NCBI GenBank assembly: GCA_963764365.1
Contig: CAVXSI010000020.1
Coordinates: 302,873-342,872 of the forward strand
Source of the DNA: an uncultured Solirubrobacterales bacterium
Lineage (GTDB): Bacteria > Actinomycetota > Thermoleophilia > Solirubrobacterales > 70-9
Direction: 5' to 3'
Length of the DNA: 40,000 bases
The translations under genes and the position numbers were made by a program. The notes under the pieces are model-generated. The model had not been told where the DNA came from. It saw nothing but the letters and a program-made list of their open reading frames with translations, and searched no databases. Shown piece by piece: positions 10,070 to 18,725 of the stretch (positions are counted from its first letter, which is position 1; each line of letters begins with the position of its first letter).

Positions 10070-10079
10070 CTGGGCGGCG

Positions 10080-10451
10080 ATGAACGCCTGGGCGCAGCCG
10101 ATCCACCGCATCAAGGCCGAGTTCTTCCGGACGCTCGGCCACCCGATCCGGGTGCGCGTGCTCGAGCTGCTGAGGGGTGGCGAGATGACTGTCGGGGAAC
10201 TGCAAGCGGAGCTGGAAATCGACTCCAGCGGCGCTTCGCAGCATCTCAGTGCGATGCGCAGGCAGGGTCTGCTCGAAGCGCGCAAGGAGGGCACCAACGT
10301 CTACTACAGCGTCCGCGACCCTCGCGTCTTCCAGATGCTGGAGAGCGCCCGCCAGGTGATCGGCTCCCACCTCGAGGAAGCCAACGCGCTGCTCGGGGAG
10401 TTGGGGGAGTCGGCTCCGAAGCCCAGCAGGTCGACCGCGAAGTCCCGGTAG
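10080..10451 (+). CDS. ArsR/SmtB family transcriptional regulator
   Basis: FRTLGHPIRVRVLELLRGGEMTVGELQAELEIDSSGASQHLSAMRRQGLLEARKEGTNVYYSV. An alternative ATG lies at 10053. Confidence 0.9.
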   Translation: MNAWAQPIHRIKAEFFRTLGHPIRVRVLELLRGGEMTVGELQAELEIDSSGASQHLSAMRRQGLLEARKEGTNVYYSVRDPRVFQMLESARQVIGSHLEEANALLGELGESAPKPSRSTAKSR

Positions 10452-10469
10452 CGCGATAGGCCCTTCGGT

Positions 10470-12422
10470 TTGAGCGAGCTGGACCTGCCGGCCGGCGCCG
10501 GCGCCGCGCTGCTGGTCGCTGGAACGATGGCACCGCTGCTGCGCGCGCGGGCCGACGTCTCACTTGCTCTACAGGCGCTGGGCGCCGCGCTGCTCGGGAT
10601 CGCCGGCGCTCTCGTCCTCTTCGGAGCGGCGCCGCTCGGCGCCGGCTTTCGCGACGGCATCGATCCTGCCCTGGGGATCGACGGGTTGAGCGGCTTCTTT
10701 GCCGCGACGATCGCGATCGTCGCTGTGCCCTCGCTCCTCTTCGCCCGCGACTACCTGGCGGGGGCCGAACACGAGCGCGCGCTGACCGCCATCTGCGGGT
10801 TGTTCCTGGTCTCCCTGTACGGGGTGGTCGCCGCGCGGGACCCCGTCACCTTCCTCGCCTTCTGGGAGCTGATGACCCTCGCGCCCGCGGCGGCGATCCT
10901 GGTCCGCCGCCGGGACGCGGCGGTGCGCCACGCCGTCTTCGTCTACCTCGCCGTGACCCACCTCGGCGGCGCCGGTGTCTGGGTCTGCGTGCTCGCGCTC
11001 GCCCACTACGGGGCGTTGAGCGACCCCGGCTCGCTTGCCGCCCACGGCGCCGGCGTGCAGGCCCTGATCCTGGTCGCGGCGTTGGTCGGCTTCGGCACCA
11101 AGGCCGGCCTGATGCCGATGCACTCCTGGCTCCCGCGCGCTCACCCGGTCGCGCCGAGCCACGTCTCGGCGCTGATGTCGGGAGTGATGATCAAGGTCGC
11201 TCTGTACGGCCTGGTCCGGGTGCTCTTCCAGTGGGCCGCTCCGGCGCCCCTGTGGACGGGCCTGGTCGTCCTCGCCCTGGGGCTCCTCTCGGCCCTCGGC
11301 GGCGTGCTCTACGCGCTGGTGCAGCACGACCTCAAGCGGCTGCTGGCCTTCCACTCGATCGAGAACGTCGGCATCGTCGCGCTCGGGCTCGGCGCCTCGG
11401 TCCTCTTCGCCTCGCGCGGCGAGGAGACCTGGGCCGCGATCGCCTTCGCCGCGGGGCTGCTCCACATCCTCAACCACGCTGTCTTCAAGGCGCTCCTGTT
11501 CCTCGCCGCGGGCGCCTTCGAACGCGCCGTCGGTTCGCTCGACCTCGACGGCATCGGCGGCCTGCTGCGACGGATGCCGTGGACGGGAGCCGCCTTCCTG
11601 GTCGGCTCGATGGCGATCGCCGGGGTGCCGCCGCTGAATGGCTTCGCCTCCGAGTGGCTGACGCTGCAGGCGCTCGTCCACATCGCCGTCGCCCCGTCGC
11701 TCGGGCTGGGCCTGGCGGGCGCGGTCGCCACCGCCGGCCTCGCCGCGACCGCGGCCCTCGCCCTGTTCTGCTTCGTCAAGGTGGTCGGCTTGGTCCTGCT
11801 CGGCGCGCCGCGACGGCCCGAGGTGGCGGCGGCGGTCAAGGCCCCGCTGGGGATGCGGCTCGGCCCGCTCGCCCTGGCCGGCTGCTGCGTCGCCCTCGGC
11901 GCCGCTCCCGGCTTGCTGGTTCCCTCGCTGATGGGCTTGGCGCCGCAGCCGCGCGGCCTGGCGACGGAGCCGAGCCTGCTCGTCCCGGGCACCGGCTCGC
12001 TGCCCTCGCCGTGGTTGCTCCTCGGGATCGTCGCCCTGACCGGGGGGCTGTGGGCCCTGCGCGGTTCGCGGCGGGGGGCGCCGGTCCCGGCCTGGGCCTG
12101 CGGGCAGCGGGTCGAGCCGGCGCTGGCCTGGAGCTCCGCCGGCTTCACCAAGCCGCTGCGACTCGTCCTCACCGGAGTCCTGCGGCCCCGGCGGGAAGTC
12201 GCGACGTTGCGGGACGGTGGGCTCGTGCAGTCGGTCAGCTACCGCGGCGAGGTCCCGCACCTGTTCGACACCGCGCTCTACCGGCCGGCGCGGCGCGGCG
12301 CGCTGGCCGGCGCCCGCGTCGCGCGGCGAATCCAATCGGGCAGCGTTCGTGTCTACGCCGGCTATCTGCTCGGACTGCTGCTGGCGCTGCTCGTCCTGGT
12401 GCGGATCGGGGCGATCGGATGA
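10470..12422 (+). CDS. hyfB: Hydrogenase-4 component B / NuoL-like proton-conducting membrane subunit
   Basis: Polytopic membrane protein with the LMPMHSWLPRAHPVAPSHVSALMSGVMIKVALYGLVR motif. The TTG start is uncertain. Confidence 0.88.
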   Translation: MSELDLPAGAGAALLVAGTMAPLLRARADVSLALQALGAALLGIAGALVLFGAAPLGAGFRDGIDPALGIDGLSGFFAATIAIVAVPSLLFARDYLAGAEHERALTAICGLFLVSLYGVVAARDPVTFLAFWELMTLAPAAAILVRRRDAAVRHAVFVYLAVTHLGGAGVWVCVLALAHYGALSDPGSLAAHGAGVQALILVAALVGFGTKAGLMPMHSWLPRAHPVAPSHVSALMSGVMIKVALYGLVRVLFQWAAPAPLWTGLVVLALGLLSALGGVLYALVQHDLKRLLAFHSIENVGIVALGLGASVLFASRGEETWAAIAFAAGLLHILNHAVFKALLFLAAGAFERAVGSLDLDGIGGLLRRMPWTGAAFLVGSMAIAGVPPLNGFASEWLTLQALVHIAVAPSLGLGLAGAVATAGLAATAALALFCFVKVVGLVLLGAPRRPEVAAAVKAPLGMRLGPLALAGCCVALGAAPGLLVPSLMGLAPQPRGLATEPSLLVPGTGSLPSPWLLLGIVALTGGLWALRGSRRGAPVPAWACGQRVEPALAWSSAGFTKPLRLVLTGVLRPRREVATLRDGGLVQSVSYRGEVPHLFDTALYRPARRGALAGARVARRIQSGSVRVYAGYLLGLLLALLVLVRIGAIG

Positions 12423-13339
12423 CCGCGCTCGTCGGCGCGATCCAGGTGATCGGCGGGCTGGCGCTGGCGCCGCTGCTGCCGGGGGCGGTGCAGTTCTTCA
12501 AGGGCCGCCTTCAGGGCCGGCGCGGCCCGTCGGCGCTGCAGCCCTACCGCGAGTTGCGCCGGCTCTGGGGGAAGGGCCTTGCCGATCCGCAGCCGACCAC
12601 GCTCGTCTACCGCCTGGCTCCCTGCGTGGTCGCGGCCGCAACCGCGCTCGCCCTACCGCTCGTGCCGATCGCCGGGCGCTCCGCGGGCTGGTCGCTGGGC
12701 AACGACGCGCTCGTCCTCGTCGGCCTGTTCGCCCTGGCCCGCTTCGCGCTGGCGGCCGCCAGCTGGGACACCGGCTCCGGCTTCGCCCTGATGGGCTCGA
12801 GTCGCGACCTGACCCTCTCGGTCTTCGCCGAGGCGCTGCTGCTGCTGGCGATCGTCCTCGCGGCACTGCCCGCCGGCAGCACCGACCTGGTCTCGATGAG
12901 CGTCGCCGCCGGCGGCTCGGCTCCCTGGAGCGAGGTCGGGCACTGGTGCGGGGCAGCCGCCTTCGGCCTCGTCGTCCTGGCCGAGACCGGGCGCCAGCCG
13001 ATCGACAACCCCGACACCCACCTCGAGCTGACGATGATCCACGAGGGGCCGCTGCTGGAGTACGCCGGCCGCGACCTGGCGCTGCTGGAGTGGAGCGCCG
13101 CCGCCCGGCACTGGGTCGTGCTGGTTCTCGGCACCGAGCTGTTCCTCCCCCACTGGGGAGGGTTCGGGCTCCAGCTCGCCTGCACCGGCGCCGGTGTCGC
13201 CCTGCTCTGCGCGGCGCTGGCGCTGACCGAGACCGCGCAGGCAAAGATGCGGATCCTGCGGGCGCCGGGGCTGCTGGCCGGCGGCTGCCTGCTCGCCCTG
13301 GCCGGTCTGGCCGGCTCGCTTGCGGGAGGCCTGGGTTGA
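12419..13339 (+). CDS. hycD: Formate hydrogenlyase subunit 4 / NuoH-like membrane subunit
   Basis: ATGA overlap with hyfB. Sequence includes QFFKGRLQGRRGPSALQPYRELRRLW...RQPIDNPDTHLELTMIHEGPLLEYAGRDLALLEW. Confidence 0.9.
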   Translation: MTALVGAIQVIGGLALAPLLPGAVQFFKGRLQGRRGPSALQPYRELRRLWGKGLADPQPTTLVYRLAPCVVAAATALALPLVPIAGRSAGWSLGNDALVLVGLFALARFALAAASWDTGSGFALMGSSRDLTLSVFAEALLLLAIVLAALPAGSTDLVSMSVAAGGSAPWSEVGHWCGAAAFGLVVLAETGRQPIDNPDTHLELTMIHEGPLLEYAGRDLALLEWSAAARHWVVLVLGTELFLPHWGGFGLQLACTGAGVALLCAALALTETAQAKMRILRAPGLLAGGCLLALAGLAGSLAGGLG

Positions 13340-13947
13340 GCTCCGCGGCGATCGCGGCGCTCGTCGCGCTCGGCTTCGGCGCGATGCTGGCGCGCCGCCG
13401 CAGCCTCGCCACCGCCCTGGTCGTCGCTCAGGCGCTGCTGCTCGGGATCGAGGCGCTGTCGCTCGGCGGGGGCGGCGGGCTGGCCGTCGCCGGCGTCATC
13501 CTGCTCGGCCGCGCGGTCGCCCTGCCGGCGCTCTTGACCCTGGCGCGGCGCCGGACGCCGGAGCCGGCGCTGGTGGTGCCGGCGACGACCACCGTGGCCC
13601 GGCTCCTGCTCGCGACCCTGGTCGCCCTGGTGGCGGTCGCCGCCGTTCCGCCGCTCGGCGTCGGCGACGCCGCCGCCGAACACGGCGCGATCGCCCTGCT
13701 CTGCCTCGGGATCGCGGTGGTCGTCACCCGGCGGCCGGCGATCCTGCAGCTGCTCGGCATCCTGGTCGCCGAGAACGGCGTCTACCTGCTGGCGATCACG
13801 GTGCCCGGCGGGCTCCCCGCCGTGATCGAGCTGGGGGTGTTGTTCGACCTCGCCCTCGTGATCACGGTCGCCGTCGCCTTCACGGAAAAGATCCACGAGC
13901 AGACCGGCACCGGGGACACGGACGTGCTGCGGGTGCTCCGTGACTGA
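13336..13947 (+). CDS. hyfE: Hydrogenase-4 membrane subunit E-like (NuoK-related; HycP-like)
   Basis: TTGA overlap with the upstream gene. The C-terminal region LLGILVAENGVYLLAITVPGGLPAVIELGVLFDLALVITVAVAFTEKI resembles HyfE. Confidence 0.75.
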   Translation: MSSAAIAALVALGFGAMLARRRSLATALVVAQALLLGIEALSLGGGGGLAVAGVILLGRAVALPALLTLARRRTPEPALVVPATTTVARLLLATLVALVAVAAVPPLGVGDAAAEHGAIALLCLGIAVVVTRRPAILQLLGILVAENGVYLLAITVPGGLPAVIELGVLFDLALVITVAVAFTEKIHEQTGTGDTDVLRVLRD

Positions 13948-15418
13948 CGGCTTCCTCGCAATCGCGGTGCTGGCCGTTCCGCTGGGGGCGGCCGCTCTGG
14001 TCTTCCTGGCGCCGACCGCCCGGGCGGCGGACCGCCTGAACACGATCAGCTGTGTGGTGACGGCGTCGCTTGCCCTGACCCTCGCGGCGCTCGCGTTCGC
14101 CGCGGCGCCGGCGAGCGCGGCATCGGGCAGCTGGTACGTGCTCGACACGGCCGGCGGCATCTTCCTCGCCCTGGTCGCGGTCGTCGGCCTCGCCAGCGCC
14201 GCCGTCTCGCCGGCCTACCTGCGCCATGCCGGGCGTAGCTGGTTCGGCGATCGGCGCTCCCACGTCTGGTACTACGCGTCCTTCAACCTCTTCTGGGCGG
14301 CGCTGCTGGCGTTGCCGCTGGCCGACAACCTCGCGGTCGCCTGGCTCCTGGTCGAGGCGACCACCGCCACGTCGGCGCTGCTGGTCGCGTTCAGCGGCAG
14401 GCGCACGGCTCTCGAGGCGGGCTGGAAGTACGTCGTGCTGACCACCCTGGGGCTGGCGATCGCCCTGCTGGGGATCGTCGTCCTCTTCGTCGCCTGCGGT
14501 GGCGATCCGGGGTTGGCTCGGCTCGACTGGCAGTCGCTTGCCCGGGGCGCCGCGAGCATGCCGCCGGGCACGACCCTGGTCGCCTTCGTCCTGCTGATGG
14601 TCGGGCTGGCGAGCAAGATCGGCTGGGGGCCCGTCCACAACTGGCTGCCGGACGCCCACAGCGAGGCGCCGCCGCCGATCAGCGCGATGCTCTCGGCCGC
14701 GCTGCTGCCGACCGTCCTGCTGATCGCCTGGAGGACCGAGCTGGCCCTCCAGCCGGCTCTTGGCGCCGGCGCCGTCCGGGAGCTCTTCGTCGGCTTCGGC
14801 CTCCTCTCTCTGGCGATCGCCGTCCCCTTCCTCTGGCGGCCGCTGCCGTGGAAGCGCCTGCTCGCCTACTCGAGCCTCGAGCATATGGGCATCCTCGCCC
14901 TCGGGGTGGGATTCGGGACGCCGCTGGCGATCGCCGGCGTCGTGATCCACGTCGCCGGCCACGGGATCGCCAAGTCCCTCGGCTTCTATACGGCGATCCC
15001 CCTGCTGCGACAGGACCCCGACAGCGCTCGCTCACCGGCGCGGGGCGTGGCCCGGACGAGTGCGCCGACGGCAACCGCGATGACTGTGAGCCTGGCTTCG
15101 CTCGCAGGCCTGCCGCCGTCGCCGCTCTTCGTCTCCGAGGTCATGGTCCTGCTGGGGGGGATCGATGCCGGCCTGCTCGCGGTCTCCGCGGTCGCCGCGG
15201 TGCTGCTGGCCCTCGGCTTCCTCGGCCTGGCCCACGCTCTGATCGAGGGGTTGCTGGGGGGCAGGGAGAGGCGGGGTGTCCGCCCGAGCTCCCGCTCGGC
15301 GCGGGCGGTGGCGCTCCTGGCCGGAGTCGCGACCGTGGGACTGCTGGCGCTGACGGCGGTCGCCTACCTGCTGCCGGGGTCAAACATCGTCGAGGCGCTG
15401 ATGAGGAGCGGGGCGTGA
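13940..15418 (+). CDS. hyfF: Hydrogenase-4 component F / NuoM/N-like antiporter subunit (HycQ-like)
   Basis: 8-nt overlap with hyfE. Sequence includes GLASKIGWGPVHNWLPDAHSEAPPPISAMLSAALL. Confidence 0.9.
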   Translation: MTDGFLAIAVLAVPLGAAALVFLAPTARAADRLNTISCVVTASLALTLAALAFAAAPASAASGSWYVLDTAGGIFLALVAVVGLASAAVSPAYLRHAGRSWFGDRRSHVWYYASFNLFWAALLALPLADNLAVAWLLVEATTATSALLVAFSGRRTALEAGWKYVVLTTLGLAIALLGIVVLFVACGGDPGLARLDWQSLARGAASMPPGTTLVAFVLLMVGLASKIGWGPVHNWLPDAHSEAPPPISAMLSAALLPTVLLIAWRTELALQPALGAGAVRELFVGFGLLSLAIAVPFLWRPLPWKRLLAYSSLEHMGILALGVGFGTPLAIAGVVIHVAGHGIAKSLGFYTAIPLLRQDPDSARSPARGVARTSAPTATAMTVSLASLAGLPPSPLFVSEVMVLLGGIDAGLLAVSAVAAVLLALGFLGLAHALIEGLLGGRERRGVRPSSRSARAVALLAGVATVGLLALTAVAYLLPGSNIVEALMRSGA

Positions 15419-16869
15419 GCCGGCGCTCGACTCGCTCCGCCGCGCCGCCGCGGCAGGAGGTGGAGGTCGCCGCAATCGAGCCGTCTGCCTGGCGCGAGGC
15501 CTGCCGGCAGGCGCTCGAGGAGGGCGGGCGCTTCTGCGGCGCCCACGTCTCCGCCGGTGACCCCGAGCCCCGCTGGAACGCGCTGTTCGCCGACGGCGCT
15601 CGGACTCGGCTCCTCACGACCCGCGCGGCGGGGGCCGGTCCGCCGACGATCGTCGATTTCCTCCCCGCCGCCGACTGGGACGAGCGCGAGGCCGCCGACC
15701 TCCAGGCGGTTCGATTCGAGGGCCACGAGCCGCTGCGCCCACTCCTCGTCCATACCGCGGAGACGGAGAGCTGGACCGTTCCGGTGCAGGGGAGGGACGC
15801 CTACCAGGTCGCCGTCGGCCCTGTCCACGCCGGCGTGATCGAGTCCGGTCACTTCCGCTTCCACGTCGTCGGCGAGCGCATCCTGCACCTCGACCCGCGC
15901 CTCTTCTACAAGCGCCGCGGGCTCGAGCGCGCCGCCGAGGGGAGCGTGCCGGAGGCGGGCCTGGCCTTCGCCCAGCGCGCCTGTGGAGCCTGCGCCGTCT
16001 CCAACTCGGTCGCCTACGGCCAGGCCTGCGAGAGCGCTCTCGGGTTGATCCCCTCGCGGGAAGTGCGGCGCGCCCGCACCCTGCTACTCGAGCTGGAGCG
16101 GCTCTACAACCACCTCAACGACGTCGCCGCGATCTGCGCCGGGGTCGGGTTCGCCCCCGGGAACATGGCCTTCGCGGCCCTGAAGGAGCGGGCCCTGCGT
16201 CTCAACGAGTCCCTCGCCGGGCATCGCTTCCTCTTCGGGACGGTCGAAGTCGGCGCCAGCCGGCTCGACCTCGACGCCTCGCCGGCGGATCGCGCTCGCG
16301 GCAGGTTGCGCGAGCTTGCCGAGGACGCGGCGCGGGTCTGGCGCGAGCTCGCCTTCTCCGCCTCGGTACAGGCCCGGCTCGGCGGGGTGGGCGAGCTGAG
16401 CGCCGCGGGCGCCGCCGAGCTGGGCGCGGTGGGGCCGACCGCCCGCGCATCCGGCCTCGGCCAGGACACCCGCACCGCCAGCCCCGGCCTCTGGTACGGA
16501 TCCACCTTCGCGCCCGCCTCCCCGCCCGCCGCCACCGGGGATGTCGCCGCCCGGCTGGAGATCCGAGGCGTCGAGTTGGTGGTGACGCTGGAGATCCTGG
16601 ACGAGCTGCTCTCGGCGCCGGTCGCGGCCGACGAGGCGAGCCCTGCCGGCCCGGCCGCGGCGGTCGGCGTGGCACGGGTCGAGAGCCCCCGAGGGGAGAC
16701 GGTCTGCGTCGTCGAGCTCGGCTCGAACCGCATCCGGCGGCTGCGGCTTCGCAGCGGCTCCTACGCCAACTGGCCGGCGCTGGCCTACGCCACGAGCGGC
16801 AACCTGCTGCCGGACTTTCCGCTGATCAACAAGAGCTTCGAGCTCTGCTACGCCTGCGTGGACCGCTGA
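15415..16869 (+). CDS. hycE: Group-4 [NiFe]-hydrogenase-like large subunit (NuoC-NuoD fusion, HycE/HyfG-like)
   Basis: GTGA overlap with hyfF. Sequence includes GPVHAGVIESGHFRFHVVGERILHLDPRLFYKRRGLE. Both CxxC pairs are present (RACGAC... and ...ELCYACVDR-stop). Confidence 0.9.
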   Translation: MSRRSTRSAAPPRQEVEVAAIEPSAWREACRQALEEGGRFCGAHVSAGDPEPRWNALFADGARTRLLTTRAAGAGPPTIVDFLPAADWDEREAADLQAVRFEGHEPLRPLLVHTAETESWTVPVQGRDAYQVAVGPVHAGVIESGHFRFHVVGERILHLDPRLFYKRRGLERAAEGSVPEAGLAFAQRACGACAVSNSVAYGQACESALGLIPSREVRRARTLLLELERLYNHLNDVAAICAGVGFAPGNMAFAALKERALRLNESLAGHRFLFGTVEVGASRLDLDASPADRARGRLRELAEDAARVWRELAFSASVQARLGGVGELSAAGAAELGAVGPTARASGLGQDTRTASPGLWYGSTFAPASPPAATGDVAARLEIRGVELVVTLEILDELLSAPVAADEASPAGPAAAVGVARVESPRGETVCVVELGSNRIRRLRLRSGSYANWPALAYATSGNLLPDFPLINKSFELCYACVDR

Positions 16870-16871
16870 TC

Positions 16872-17354
16872 GTGTTCGTCCTCCTGCGCCACCTCCAGCG
16901 CGTCCGCCGCGAAGCGGCCCTGCCGCGCCGCGACAGGGCCCGCTCGCTGGCGATCCGCCACGTCGACGCCGGTTCCTGCAACGCCTGCGAGCACGAGCTG
17001 ACGGCGACGGCGGCGCCGCAGTACGACCTGCAGCGCTTCGGGCTCGACATCGTCGCCTCTCCTCGGCACGCCGACGTCCTTCTTGTCACCGGCCCCGTGA
17101 CGAAGCGGATGGAGGCGGCGCTGCTTGCGGCGTATGAGGCGATGCCCGAGCCCCGCCGCGTCGCTGCGCTGGGCGATTGCGCGCTGGGATGCGGGGTTCT
17201 CGGCGACCCGGCGGAGCTGGCGGCGCCACTGGAGGAGCTGCTGCCCGTCGAGATCCGCATCCCCGGCTGTCCGCCAAGCCCAGAGGAGATCGCGAACGCG
17301 CTCCTCGCCCCGCTCGACCGTCATAGCTCAAGCATCGCGGCTGACCGTCGATAG
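16872..17354 (+). CDS. hycG: Hydrogenase small subunit, NuoB/HycG-like ([4Fe-4S])
   Basis: GSCNACEHE, VLLVTGPVT, LGDCA and IPGCPPSPEEI supply the four cluster cysteines. Its last ~13 codons lie in direct repeat R. Confidence 0.9.
   Translation: MFVLLRHLQRVRREAALPRRDRARSLAIRHVDAGSCNACEHELTATAAPQYDLQRFGLDIVASPRHADVLLVTGPVTKRMEAALLAAYEAMPEPRRVAALGDCALGCGVLGDPAELAAPLEELLPVEIRIPGCPPSPEEIANALLAPLDRHSSSIAADRR
17313..17354. repeat. Direct repeat R, right copy (3' end of the small-subunit gene)
   Basis: ctcgaccgtcatagctcaagcatcgcggctgaccgtcgatag. See 9896-9942. Confidence 0.8.
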
Positions 17355-17360
17355 GGCAGC

Positions 17361-18635
17361 ATGACCACTCGCCCCGCGGCGCCCGATGTCCTGCGCAATC
17401 GACTCGTCCTCGCGCTGGCCCTCGCCGCGGTTGCGGCGCTGGCCGGGCCGGCCGCCTCCCTCGCCTCGCCGCGGCCCGCCGTTCTCACCCTGAAGACCGT
17501 CAAGGTCGGCGCCCCGGGGAACCCGTCGGTGGGGATCGTCCCCTTCGCCGACGCGGTCTACTCGTCCTGCGCGGAAGCGGGCGAAACCCGGCCTCCCTGC
17601 CAGGAAGTCGGCGCGGTCCGCCACCGCTACGGGATCGGCCAGCTGGAGATCACCGTCGCCCAGTGGGTCGCCTTCCTCAACTCGGTCGACCCCGCCGGGC
17701 GCAACAGGCACCGCCTCTACAGCGGCAACGAGAGTGGCACGGCCTGGCCCAGGTACGGGCAGATCGACTTCTCCCGCCGGGCGGCGCCCGGCCGCCACTA
17801 CAGCGTCGCCGCGCCGCAATGGGCCGACAAGCCCTACGGCTTCGCCAACTTCCTCCGCGCCGCGCGCTTCGCCAACTCGCTCTACAACGGCCGCCTGCTC
17901 TCCAGGCACGCGGCCGCCGCCGGCGGCTTCCGCTACGTCACCTACCGGGTGCGGCTCTCGCGCCGCACCGAGCGCGGGATGTACGACATGCGGGTGCGGG
18001 CGACGACCCGCTCGCGCAAGTCGGGCTTCGTCATCCCCAGCCAGAACGAGTGGATCAAGGCCGCCTACTACGACCCCAGCGGCGGCGGCACCTTCTCCTA
18101 CTGGAAGTACCCGACCAACCCCGGCGTGTTCGGCGACGACACCGCGACCGCCCCGGCGTCGACGACCCTGAACCCGACGACCGGCGACGTCACCAACGCG
18201 GCGACCCAGCCGCTCGCCACCTACCACGCCTCCGGCGTCGCCGCCCCGAGCTGGTGCCCGGCATCGCAGACCCCGGAAGCCTGCGCGACCGTCAACCCCT
18301 TTGGCATCGGACCGACGGGCTACGCGGCGGCCTACCAGGGCAGCCTCGGCAGCGTCGGCCAGGCCGGGACCACCTCACCCTGGGGAACCCTCGACCAGGG
18401 CGGCAACGCGGTCGAGTGGACCGACACGATCACCGCGCCGCCAGGCGGCCGCAGCGGCGCCCACGGTCGCGTCTGGCGACGACTGCACGGCGGCATCGCC
18501 AACGCCCCCGCCTACCAGCTCTGGCTCTCGGCGATCGGGCCGCAGCCGCAGGACAACGCGTTCTTCACCGCCACCTACCCGTGGCTGGGCTTCCGCATCG
18601 GCGTGCTCGGCAACCTGATGCCGGGCAGGCGCTGA
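17361..18635 (+). CDS. Secreted FGE-sulfatase/SUMF1-domain protein
   Basis: Signal peptide LVLALALAAVAALAGPAASLASP. Family motifs EITVAQWVAFLN, PSQNEWIKAAYY, GNAVEWTD and WLGFRIG. Confidence 0.82.
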   Translation: MTTRPAAPDVLRNRLVLALALAAVAALAGPAASLASPRPAVLTLKTVKVGAPGNPSVGIVPFADAVYSSCAEAGETRPPCQEVGAVRHRYGIGQLEITVAQWVAFLNSVDPAGRNRHRLYSGNESGTAWPRYGQIDFSRRAAPGRHYSVAAPQWADKPYGFANFLRAARFANSLYNGRLLSRHAAAAGGFRYVTYRVRLSRRTERGMYDMRVRATTRSRKSGFVIPSQNEWIKAAYYDPSGGGTFSYWKYPTNPGVFGDDTATAPASTTLNPTTGDVTNAATQPLATYHASGVAAPSWCPASQTPEACATVNPFGIGPTGYAAAYQGSLGSVGQAGTTSPWGTLDQGGNAVEWTDTITAPPGGRSGAHGRVWRRLHGGIANAPAYQLWLSAIGPQPQDNAFFTATYPWLGFRIGVLGNLMPGRR

Positions 18636-18682
18636 GCCGCGCGGCCCCTGGAGAGGCAGTCCCTACGTCTTGGTTCAGGTGC

Positions 18683-18711
18683 TTGACGCAGCCGTGCCGG
18701 GTCTCTAGCCT
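18683..18711 (+). promoter_or_regulatory. Candidate sigma-70/SigA-type promoter
   Basis: TTGACG, a 17-nt spacer, then TAGCCT. It lies ~60 nt upstream of the beta-propeller gene start. Confidence 0.4.
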
Positions 18712-18725
18712 CCCCCGTCATCGAG

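Noticed and set aside
10470-17354. The cluster as a NADH dehydrogenase (nuo) operon.
   Set aside because: There are no NuoA/J/E/F/G/I equivalents. The large subunit is a C-D fusion that retains both CxxC pairs. The subunit order matches hyf/hyc-type loci.
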